A stretch of 64,000 nt of DNA from Candidatus Aminicenantes bacterium (GTDB taxonomy: Bacteria; Acidobacteriota; Aminicenantia; Aminicenantales; JAFGBC01), in NCBI GenBank assembly GCA_963702005.1, contig OY969696.1, forward strand, positions 2,592,001 to 2,656,000, read 5' to 3'. Below the pieces are notes generated by a model. It saw only the letters and a list, made by a program, of their open reading frames with translations. It ran no database searches and was not told where the DNA came from. Shown here piece after piece: positions 55,727 through 64,000 of this stretch. Every line of letters begins with the position of its first letter. Position 1 is the stretch's first letter. The translations under genes and the position numbers were made by a program.

Positions 55727-57793
55727 GTGAAAAAGACAATAATCGTTTTCGCCCTTTGCGCGGCCTCCCTTTTGCTATTCCTGTCCTCCCCGGCCCAGAC
55801 CAAGAAGTCCGTCAAGGACCTGAGCCCTTTCTACCGGAAATGGCTCCAGGAGGAAGTCGTTTACATCATCACTCCCAAGGAAAAAGAGGTCTTCATCCAG
55901 CTCGATAACGACCGGCAGAGGGACATGTTCATCGAAGCCTTCTGGAAGCAGCGGGACCCGAACCCGGCGACGCCCGAAAACGAGTTCAAGATCGAACACA
56001 TGCGCCGGATCGCCTATGCCAACCAGCACTACGGCAAGAGCTCCCCGGGGCCGGGCTGGCGGTCGGACCAAGGCCGAATTTATATCATCCTGGGCGAGCC
56101 GAATTCGACCGATCGGCTCGATAACCGGACCGAAATCTACCCGATGGAAATATGGTTCTACAGCGGGAAGCTGGAGTACAGGCTGCCCAACGCGTTTTCC
56201 GTCGTCTTTTTCAAGAAAGACGGCGGCGGCGAATACGAGCTCTATTCCCCGATTAAATTCGGCCCCCAGTATTTGATGCCCATGTATAGCGGGGACATGA
56301 CGGATTACGCGGCGGCCTACGGCCAGCTGTACAACATCGATCCCGGGATCGCCAATCTTTCCCTGTCCCTGATCGAGGGAGAATCCCTGATTGGGGTCTC
56401 TCCATCGATCGCCTCGGAGGCCCTCGTCTACCAGAAGATCCCCTCGGCTCCCATGGTCAAGGTCAAAGACGGCTATGCGGAAAAGCTCCTTTCCTACAAG
56501 GACGTCATCGACGTCGAATACTCGGCCAACTACATGGACAACGACGCCGTCGTCCGGGTTCTGCAGGATGCGGCCGGCCTGTTCTATATCCATTATCTGA
56601 TCGAACCGGCCCGTCTGACCTTCGAGCAGTACGACAAGCGGTTCCTGTCCAACCTCGAAATCAACGGCACGGTCACGGACTCCAACGGGAATCTTGTCTA
56701 CCAATTCGAGCGCAAGGCCCCGATCGAGCTGAATCAGGATCAGATCGCGGCGATCCGTCCCAAACTCTTCAGCTTCCAGGACATGCTGCCTTTCATCGCC
56801 GGGCGCTACAAGTTGAGCATCCTCTTCAAAAACACCGTTTCCAAGGAATTCACCTCCCTGGAATCCGCGATCACCGTCCCGGATAGGTCGGCTCTCGCCA
56901 TGAGCCCGATCCTGCTGGCCAGCAAAGCCGATAAAGACTCGAAATACGCCGGCCAGAACAAGCCTTTCCTTCTGGGGCGTACCCAGCTCGTCCCCTCGCC
57001 CCGGAACGATTTTACCGCGAACGATACGCTCTTCGTCTTCGTCCAGGTCCAAGGTTTGACCGAGGATCTGCGCCGGGACGGGACTCTGGAATTCGCCGTT
57101 CTCAAAGACGGCGTCAAGGTTCAGTCGACGGTCCATCGGCTCGCCGACATTCCGGACCCGCTCGCCGTTCTGGAGTCCTTTGCCCTGGCGGACCTGAAGC
57201 CCGCCAACTATGAGGTCAGCGCCTCCCTCTGCGACCGGAGCCAAACCGTCCTGCTCACGGACAAAGCTCCCTTCTATGTCAGCTTTATGCAGGCGCTACC
57301 CCGACCCTGGGTTTTGTCCCTGCCCAAGCCCGCCGACAACGACGCCGAGACACTTAACTCCTTGGGCATCCAGTACTTGAACATAAAGGATATGACCAAG
57401 GCCCGCGCCTACCTCGAACAAGCCTATCGCAGGGATCCGACCTCCCCGGCTTTCGCCCTCGATTTCTGCCGTCTCCTGTTCGAGGCCAAGGACTACCGGC
57501 GGGTCAAGGACATCGCCCTGCCTTTTGTCAAGGACATGCAGAAATATGAATTCCTGGAGCTCCTCGGGCAGTCCTCGCAAGGCCTGGGCGAACTCGCGGA
57601 TGCCGTCGCTTTTTATAAAGAGTATCTGGCCCGCCTTGGGACTAACTTGAATATTCTCAACAGCATAGGAGACTGCTGCCGCCAGCTCGGTAACCTGCCG
57701 GAAGCCCTGGTCGCCTACGAAAAATCTCTCGAGATCAATCCCAACCAGGACAAGATCAAGGCTCTTGTCAAATCCCTGAAGGAGAAAAAATGA
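55727..57793 (+). CDS. GWxTD domain protein with C-terminal TPRs
   Basis: Signal peptide. Motifs WL.EEV.YII, FW..RDP, GWRSDQGRIYI.LG.P and EIW.Y, with a TPR-like tail. Confidence 0.85.
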   Translation: MKKTIIVFALCAASLLLFLSSPAQTKKSVKDLSPFYRKWLQEEVVYIITPKEKEVFIQLDNDRQRDMFIEAFWKQRDPNPATPENEFKIEHMRRIAYANQHYGKSSPGPGWRSDQGRIYIILGEPNSTDRLDNRTEIYPMEIWFYSGKLEYRLPNAFSVVFFKKDGGGEYELYSPIKFGPQYLMPMYSGDMTDYAAAYGQLYNIDPGIANLSLSLIEGESLIGVSPSIASEALVYQKIPSAPMVKVKDGYAEKLLSYKDVIDVEYSANYMDNDAVVRVLQDAAGLFYIHYLIEPARLTFEQYDKRFLSNLEINGTVTDSNGNLVYQFERKAPIELNQDQIAAIRPKLFSFQDMLPFIAGRYKLSILFKNTVSKEFTSLESAITVPDRSALAMSPILLASKADKDSKYAGQNKPFLLGRTQLVPSPRNDFTANDTLFVFVQVQGLTEDLRRDGTLEFAVLKDGVKVQSTVHRLADIPDPLAVLESFALADLKPANYEVSASLCDRSQTVLLTDKAPFYVSFMQALPRPWVLSLPKPADNDAETLNSLGIQYLNIKDMTKARAYLEQAYRRDPTSPAFALDFCRLLFEAKDYRRVKDIALPFVKDMQKYEFLELLGQSSQGLGELADAVAFYKEYLARLGTNLNILNSIGDCCRQLGNLPEALVAYEKSLEINPNQDKIKALVKSLKEKK

Positions 57794-58692
57794 GAAAATT
57801 AGGTTGGGGACTGATCCTGGCGGGCGTCTGCCTGAGCATGGCCTGCTTCTTGCGGCCGTCGCTGAGTTCTCTCGATCCCGAAAGCAGGGAATTCCTGTCC
57901 AAGGTCCGCTACCTGATCAGCAAAGACGAGCGAACGGTCTTCCTCGGTCTGGCCGGCCCGGAAGACCGTATGACCTTCATAGAGGATTTCTGGAAGAAGC
58001 GGGATCCCGACCCGGACACCGAAGCCAACGAATTTAAAATCGAATATTTCGCCCGGATCGACGGGGCCAATCATCTGTTCAAGGAAGGAACGACCCCGGG
58101 CTGGATGAGCGAACGGGGCAGGTTGTACATCACGCTCGGACCGCCCGAGAACCGGGTGACCTATCCGCGCGGAGTCACCTTCTACGGGAAACCGACCGAG
58201 GTCTGGTATTACGGTTTCTTCCCGGTCATGTTCGTCGACGACAACTGGACGGGCACCTACCGGCTCGATCCGCTGAGCGCCGCCCAGATCGGCGAAATGA
58301 CCAAGACCCAGGTCATGCTCAGGCCGAAGGTCGGCGCGGATTCCTGGATGAAAGAAGTCCCCCTCGAGGTCCAGGCCGTCGGGGCGGGGGAGGCCCTCGT
58401 CCGGGTCAAGCTGCCCTACAGGGACATCTGGCTCAACCTCGACGGCGACCGGATGACGACGACTCTTAAGGTTTCGATCGAGGTGACCGACGCGGCCGGG
58501 GCGAAAGTCTGGCAGGACGAACGCTCCTATCCGCTTTCATACGCCAAGAATGAATACTTGAAAATGCGCGGGGAGACCTATCTGATCGAGATCCCGATCA
58601 AGCTTTCTCCCGGACAATACGAGCTCCGGCTGACGCTCCTCGACGTGTTCCCGGGATCTCGGCTGGAAAAGAAAGCCAAATTGACTCTATAA
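57790..58692 (+). CDS. GWxTD domain lipoprotein
   Basis: Lipobox-like SMAC. Motifs FWKKRDP, GWMSERGRLYI.LGPP and EVW.Y. Confidence 0.82.
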   Translation: MRKLGWGLILAGVCLSMACFLRPSLSSLDPESREFLSKVRYLISKDERTVFLGLAGPEDRMTFIEDFWKKRDPDPDTEANEFKIEYFARIDGANHLFKEGTTPGWMSERGRLYITLGPPENRVTYPRGVTFYGKPTEVWYYGFFPVMFVDDNWTGTYRLDPLSAAQIGEMTKTQVMLRPKVGADSWMKEVPLEVQAVGAGEALVRVKLPYRDIWLNLDGDRMTTTLKVSIEVTDAAGAKVWQDERSYPLSYAKNEYLKMRGETYLIEIPIKLSPGQYELRLTLLDVFPGSRLEKKAKLTL

Positions 58693-58721
58693 TCGATAAT
58701 ATCGAATCCAGGGAGGAGAGG

Positions 58722-59691
58722 ATGAAAACGAGCGGCTTTTTTCGAATCGCGATCGCAATCGGCATCGCGGTTGTCCTGACGGCGGGGACCGCCTCCGCCC
58801 AGGCGGGGATGGGGCTGGCCCGTCTCTCCGGCGTCGTGGTCGATACGGCGGGGAAGCCCATTCCCGGCGTCAAAATCGTGGCCGAATTCCAGCAGGATGT
58901 CGGCGTCAAGAAAGAGGCGACGGCCAACGACAAGGGGGAATGGGCGATCATCGGCATGGGCACCGGCAACTGGACGGTGACGGCCACGGCGGACGGATAT
59001 CTGGCCGCCAGCGTAAGCTATTTTGTCCGGCAGCTGGACAAAAATCCCAAGCTGACCATCAAGTTGACCAGGGTGGAAAGATCGTCCGGATTGGTCCAGG
59101 ATGAGGCCTCGCTCCAGATGCTGGACGAAGCCAACGCATTCTACGCGGACGGCAAATACGATACGGCGCTCGTCATGTTCGAGCAGTTCCTGGAGAAGAA
59201 TCCCGCCGTCTATCAGGTCATCCTCAACATGGGCGACTGCCACAGAGAAAAGATGGAATACGATCAGGCCATCGTCAATTACAACACGGTCATCGAGCGG
59301 GCCAAGGACGACCCGAACATGGGAAAAGCTATGACGGCCAAGGCCCTGGCCGCGATCGGACTCTGCTATCTGCGCCAGAACAACCTGGCTGAGGCTCAGA
59401 ACTATTTCAAGCAGTCGATCGACACGGCTCCCCAGGACGAAACGCTGGCCTACAACGTGGGCGAAATCTGCTTCTCCAACCAGCAGATCGATGAGGCTTC
59501 GCGCTATTTCGAAATGGCGATCCAGATCAAGCCGGACTGGCCGGATCCCTATCTCAAAATGGGCTATGTCTACCTCAACAAGGGCGACATGGCCAAGGCG
59601 ATCGAGTCTCTTCGAGAAGTTCATCAAGCTCGAGCCCAACACCGCTCGCTCCGCCCAGGCCCAGGCGATCATCGATTCCATTAAGAAATAA
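58722..59691 (+). CDS. Carboxypeptidase-regulatory-like domain + TPR protein with a frameshift at about 59609
   Basis: Signal peptide and G.VVD..GKPIPG beta-sandwich, then TPR repeats. The last TPR (FEKFIKLEP) continues in another frame. Confidence 0.8.
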
Positions 59692-59700
59692 GATCGGCGG

Positions 59701-61956
59701 ATGGGCAAGAAAAGGCGCTCCCGCCGCCGCGGACACAAGCGGACCGACCGCGGCCCCGCTCCGCAGGCCGGCGCCGTCGGCTCCCCTCCGAGCGCGCCGG
59801 GACGCGCCCAAGAGCGTCACCCGGAACGCCGGTCCCGGAAGCCTTGGCTGCTGATCGCGGCGGCCCTGGTCGTCGTCATTTCTGCAGGATTATTTGTCCT
59901 CTGGGGGCCGCGCCGCCGGAGCCGGGTCCCGAGGGACGGCCGGATGAACGTCCTGCTGATCACGCTGGATACGACCCGGGCCGATCGTCTGGGCTGCTAC
60001 GGCTACGGCAAAGCCCGAACGCCCGCCATCGACGGGCTGGCCCGCCGAGGGGTCCGTTTCGAGAACGTCTACGCCCCGGCCCCGCTGACCTTGCCCTCCC
60101 ATTGTTCGATCATGACCGGCGTCACGCCCGTCCTGCACGGCGTTCACAACAACGGCAGCTACGAGCTCGGCCCGGAGCAGGTGACGATCGCCGAGATCCT
60201 GAAGGGGGCGGGCTTCAAGACGGCCGCCTTCATCGCCTCGTTCTCGGTCGATTCCCGGTTCGGGCTCGGCCAGGGCTTCGACGTCTACGACGACAATTTC
60301 CAGACCGGGCTGCCGTTCAAGCCGTTGAATTCGGAGCGGAAGGCCGAGTCGGTCGCCGCCCTTTCCAGCCGCTGGCTGGATAAGAACGCCGACTCGCAGT
60401 TTTTCGCTTGGGTCCATTTCTATGACCCCCATCTCCCGTATCAGCCGCCCTCGCCCTACAAGGAAGAATTCGCCGCCGAACCTTACGACGGGGAGGTCGC
60501 CTACATGGATTTCTACGTCGGCAAGGTCATCGATAAGCTCGGGGAGAAAGGCGTGCTGGGCCGGACCCTGGTCATTCTGGCGGGCGACCACGGCGAAGCC
60601 TTCGGGGAGAAGGTCGAGACGGGGCACGGCGTCTTCCTCTACGACAATACGGTGCGGGTGCCCCTTATTTTCTTTGCCGAGAATAAGTACCAGCAGGGTT
60701 CCGTCATCCGGTCCCGGGTCAGGCTGATCGACGTCATGCCCTCGATCCTGGACGCATTGGGCCTGCCCGCGGCGTCCCGCAGCCAGGGAACCAGCCTGAT
60801 CCCTTATATCGAAGGACGAAGAAAAGACGACCTGGACGTCTATCTCGAAAGCTTCTATCCGCGCGAGAATTACGGCTGGTCGGAACTGGTCGGGCTGGTC
60901 CGGGGCGATTGGAAATTCATCCGCGCTCCCAAGCCGGAGCTCTACAACCTGATCAACGACCCCGGCGAGAATCGGAACATGGTTGCTTCGGCCGCCCGGA
61001 CGGCCGGAGACATGAACGTCCGTCTCGAGGCGCTGATCAAGGAAGGGGCCGGCCTTTCGGGGGCGCAGCCGCGGACGCCGACCGCCGAGGTCCAAGAACG
61101 GCTGCGCTCCTTAGGCTACACGAGCTTCGCGGGCGGAGGGACGCGCTCCAGTTATCCCGACCCCAAGGACAAGATCGATGTCCTGCGGCTGACTCAACAG
61201 GCCGAAGGGTTCGAATTTCAGGGGCGCTATACCGAGGCGGCCGCCGTTTACGAACAGCTCCTCGGGCTGATCCCAGACGCGCCCTCCAGCTACGTCAACC
61301 TGGCCTTGAGCCAGGCGCGGCAGAAGGAATTCGACGAAGCCGTTCAAACGCTTAAACTGGGGGTCGAAAGAATTCCCCATTCCGAAATCCTGCTGGTCCG
61401 GCTCGGTCACACCTATCTCGTGACGGGGCGGCTCGAAGAAGCCTTGGCGACGATGGCCGAGGTTCTCAATATCAACCCCAAGAACGTGGATGCGCTGACC
61501 GTCTCGGCCGGGGTCCTGGATACGCTGCGCCGCAGGGACGAAGCTCGCGTGTATTATGAGAAGGCGATCGGCGTCGAACCCGAAAATCAATATCTGCGCA
61601 TGAGCTACGCCGCCAATCTGGCCTCGAGCGGCCTGCTCGACCGGGCGATCGAGGTCTATGAGAGCCTCGTCCGGGATTATCCCGACGTCCAGGCTTTGCG
61701 ACAATATCTCGGGATCGCCTATGGGATCGCCGGCCGATATGCCGAGTCGATCGGGAGCCTCAAAGAGGCCGTCTATTTGAAACCGACGCCGACCGCCTAT
61801 TACAACCTGGCGCTCGCCTGCAGTAAATCGGGGGATGTCGGCGAAGCCGTTCGCTACCTGAAATTGTATCTGGACGATCCCAGCGGCGAGCCCGAGCAGA
61901 GCATCCGGGCGGCCCAAGCCGAGCTCGCAAGATTGCAACATCTTCTAAATAAATAA
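59701..61956 (+). CDS. Membrane-anchored sulfatase/alkaline-phosphatase-superfamily hydrolase with TPRs
   Basis: Motifs NVLLITLDT.RAD, TLPSH, YDPH, YDGE, GDHGE, ELY and LRSLGY, with C-terminal TPRs. Confidence 0.88.
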   Translation: MGKKRRSRRRGHKRTDRGPAPQAGAVGSPPSAPGRAQERHPERRSRKPWLLIAAALVVVISAGLFVLWGPRRRSRVPRDGRMNVLLITLDTTRADRLGCYGYGKARTPAIDGLARRGVRFENVYAPAPLTLPSHCSIMTGVTPVLHGVHNNGSYELGPEQVTIAEILKGAGFKTAAFIASFSVDSRFGLGQGFDVYDDNFQTGLPFKPLNSERKAESVAALSSRWLDKNADSQFFAWVHFYDPHLPYQPPSPYKEEFAAEPYDGEVAYMDFYVGKVIDKLGEKGVLGRTLVILAGDHGEAFGEKVETGHGVFLYDNTVRVPLIFFAENKYQQGSVIRSRVRLIDVMPSILDALGLPAASRSQGTSLIPYIEGRRKDDLDVYLESFYPRENYGWSELVGLVRGDWKFIRAPKPELYNLINDPGENRNMVASAARTAGDMNVRLEALIKEGAGLSGAQPRTPTAEVQERLRSLGYTSFAGGGTRSSYPDPKDKIDVLRLTQQAEGFEFQGRYTEAAAVYEQLLGLIPDAPSSYVNLALSQARQKEFDEAVQTLKLGVERIPHSEILLVRLGHTYLVTGRLEEALATMAEVLNINPKNVDALTVSAGVLDTLRRRDEARVYYEKAIGVEPENQYLRMSYAANLASSGLLDRAIEVYESLVRDYPDVQALRQYLGIAYGIAGRYAESIGSLKEAVYLKPTPTAYYNLALACSKSGDVGEAVRYLKLYLDDPSGEPEQSIRAAQAELARLQHLLNK

Positions 61957-62069
61957 GTCAAATCATCGACTCCCCGGCCTGAAGGCTGGGGCTTGTTCAT
62001 GATTAACCCTGAGCCTCGCTCTCATCCCCGCCTTGAAAGGCGGGGCTTGGCGTCGGCGAACGGGTTAAC
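61957..62069. mobile_element. Non-autonomous IS200/IS605-type miniature element (two end hairpins, no ORF)
   Basis: Starts GTCAA, then ccccggcc-tgaa-ggctgggg and ccccgcctt-ga-aaggcgggg, then cttggcgtcggcgaacgggttaac. Confidence 0.7.
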
Positions 62070-62179
62070 CCTGATTCCCGTGCGGAGCCATCCTCCCTCA
62101 ATCCCCTTCGCGGGAAAATCTTGTCGCTTTATCGTTGAGTAGCCGGGAGGGACCCGCTCCGGGGACTAGCAGGGCTTTG

Positions 62180-62216
62180 TCCCCTTCGCTGGATTCCACG
62201 GACTTTAATCCGTGAA
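62180..62216. repeat. Copy of the 11158-11194 hairpin repeat
   Basis: 32/37 identity. A partial copy, aatccccttcgcggga, also lies at 62100-62115. Confidence 0.75.
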
Positions 62217-62219
62217 GGT

Positions 62220-62254
62220 AAAAAAAACCCCGCCCCGCCAGAGGCGGGACGGGG
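62220..62254 (-). terminator. Rho-independent terminator of the TonB receptor gene
   Basis: Minus strand GC stem ccccgtcccgcc/ggcggggcgggg followed by a T8 run. Confidence 0.85.
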
Positions 62255-62294
62255 CTTGTGCTTCTACTTCTGTGTGTGCTGCTTCTGCTCGAGC

Positions 62295-64000
62295 TTAGAA
62301 CGAGAACCGGGCGCCGACGCGAGCCGACCAGGTTCCGAACTGCCAGGTCGGTTGCTTGAAGGCGGCGTTGGGCCAGTAGTTGGCGACTTGGGACTGCCAG
62401 TCGTACGTCTTGGAGAGGATCTGGTCGTCGGAGATGGGCATGTTGATCCTGTTGACGGCGGTATCGTACCACTGCCACGTCTTGGAGTTGGTGACGTTGC
62501 TGACCTGGAGGTTGAAGTTGAGGGAATTCTTGCCCAGGTTCAAGGTGTACTCCATGAAAAGGTCGGCCCAAGCCGTCCAGGGCATCCGGCCGAGGTCGCC
62601 GCGGTTGTTCGGGAACATGCCGACGTTGTTGGCGTTCAAAATGGTGGTCAGCGGCATGCCGCTTCTTGCATAGCCGACGACGCCGAGGGTCAGCCCGAAC
62701 GGGAAGGAGTAGGAGCCGTAGGCCTTGATGTAGTGGGTTCTGTCCTGAGGCAGCGGACCGTCCAAGACGTTGCCCTTCATGTCATAGGTTATGAACCACA
62801 GGTCGAAATAGCGCTCGACGTTCGGGGAGTTCCGGTTGACTTCGTCGGTCGAGGAGAGGCCGCCGTAGTTGCCCGCGGTGCGGCTCAAGGTGTAGTTGAT
62901 GCCGCCCTGCCAGTTGTTGCTGAACCGCTTCTCGAGAGACAGGTTTAAGCCGTAGTACTCTCGGGTGGCCTTGGGAGTCTCCCAGTACTTGTCCAGGAAC
63001 TTGCCGCCGTTCGATTCGTGCAGCGACCAGCCAAATCCGGGGTTGGTGAAGTAGTAGAATTCGCCCGCGGGGGTCAGGACGCCCGTGTCCTCGATCGTCC
63101 GGATGAGATGCTTCTGGACCAGCCGCGCCGATAGGGACACATTCTCGGCAAGCTTGTACTCGGCGCCCATGGAGAGTTCTCTTTGAGCGACGGGCTTCAG
63201 GTTCGGGTCGCACGAGTCCCAGGCGACGGCGCGCCAATCCATGGTGCCGACGTACCGTCCGCCCGCGGCCTGGCTGGCCGCGTCGTCGAGCTTGCCGCTG
63301 GCGGCGATCAGCAGAAAGTCGGGGTTGTTCAGTTCGTAGTAGTCGGTCTTCCACTTGAACCCGCCGAAGGCGCCTTCGGCCATGTAGAGCTTCATGACGT
63401 CGTAGTAGATTCCGAAGCTGCCGAAGATCTTCAGGCTGGAATCGCCGAATACGTCATAGACAACGCCCAGGCGGGGAGCCAGCTTCTTGTCGAAACCGAA
63501 CTTGATCGGCTTTTGGGAGGCACCCGTGGCGCTCATATCCGTCGTGAAGGCGGGGATGTACTCGCTCTCGGTCCGCAGGCCGGCGTTTACGGTCAACTTG
63601 TTGCCGATCGTCCAGGAATCCTGGAGGTAAATGGACCAGCTGTCTCTGTGGACTTTCCAGGCGTAGCCGTAGGGCGAGGTGAAGGAGCTGCGGATCTCGT
63701 AGTGGCCGTAAGTGCCCATGACGGGTTCGCCGCTGGCCAGGCCGTAATAGCCGTGGCCCCAGTGGATGTTGACGTGCGGGGAAGGAGCGGCGTTGAAGAC
63801 GTCCTCGGCGTCGCGGATCCACTGCACGCCCGTCTTCAAGGCATGATCGCCGGCAAGAGAGGCATAATAGGAGAGGTCGAAGTTGCCGGAGTACTTCTCC
63901 AGTTTGTAGTGGTCCGTCACCAGCCAGGCGCCGCCGTAGTTGGCGGTGCCGGCATAGCCGAGAAGCTCGGGGTGCTGAACGAAGAACGGATCGCTCGCAT
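62295..64000 (-). CDS. TonB-dependent receptor (Oar-like), C-terminal part
   Basis: Beta-barrel motifs YLQDSW, NAGLR, APRLG..YD, EKRFS and YTLSR, with a terminal RFSF. The frame runs off the window edge. Confidence 0.88.
   Translation of the reverse strand, partial: ASDPFFVQHPELLGYAGTANYGGAWLVTDHYKLEKYSGNFDLSYYASLAGDHALKTGVQWIRDAEDVFNAAPSPHVNIHWGHGYYGLASGEPVMGTYGHYEIRSSFTSPYGYAWKVHRDSWSIYLQDSWTIGNKLTVNAGLRTESEYIPAFTTDMSATGASQKPIKFGFDKKLAPRLGVVYDVFGDSSLKIFGSFGIYYDVMKLYMAEGAFGGFKWKTDYYELNNPDFLLIAASGKLDDAASQAAGGRYVGTMDWRAVAWDSCDPNLKPVAQRELSMGAEYKLAENVSLSARLVQKHLIRTIEDTGVLTPAGEFYYFTNPGFGWSLHESNGGKFLDKYWETPKATREYYGLNLSLEKRFSNNWQGGINYTLSRTAGNYGGLSSTDEVNRNSPNVERYFDLWFITYDMKGNVLDGPLPQDRTHYIKAYGSYSFPFGLTLGVVGYARSGMPLTTILNANNVGMFPNNRGDLGRMPWTAWADLFMEYTLNLGKNSLNFNLQVSNVTNSKTWQWYDTAVNRINMPISDDQILSKTYDWQSQVANYWPNAAFKQPTWQFGTWSARVGARFSF

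Noticed and set aside
59595-59691. Frameshift in the last TPR of 58722-59691
   Set aside because: A one-base insertion with no recoding signal. Likely an error.

Overview
GC-rich bacterial chromosomal window. The gene repertoire (GWxTD proteins, sulfatase-TPR fusion, Oar-type TonB receptor) suggests Acidobacteriota/Ca. Aminicenantes; this is inference. All family assignments come from motifs read by eye, with no database search. From left to right: (1) an RsbU/RsbW tail; (2) the most novel block, 714-6657, with three signal-peptide-bearing PI3K/PI4K/Fam20-fold kinase-like paralogues (one an apparent pseudokinase), an exported PPP-type metallophosphatase and an ATP/ADP (TLC/Npt) translocase in translationally coupled genes, a candidate extracytoplasmic ATP-export/phosphorylation system; (3) namZ, a glnA-like gene and a URO-D-like gene; (4) an 11-kb uncharacterised amino-sugar catabolic operon with an internally deleted nagB; (5) an 11.3-kb integrase-free defence island bounded by 59-bp direct repeats, holding IS200 tnpA, a type I R-M system whose HsdR is fused to a Schlafen/AlbA_2 domain, an AbiE toxin-antitoxin pair and a candidate HEPN protein; (6) housekeeping genes (fbp, thiMEL, kdgK-eda, tldD/pmbA, nadC/nadB, ileS-lspA-lgt-rluD); (7) a GWxTD/TPR/sulfatase-like envelope cluster and a partial TonB-dependent receptor. 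Intergenic spaces contain a mosaic family of palindromic repeats, a 254-bp hairpin and a candidate sRNA/leader. Three single-base frameshifts (nadB, ileS, TPR gene) are probably sequencing errors.
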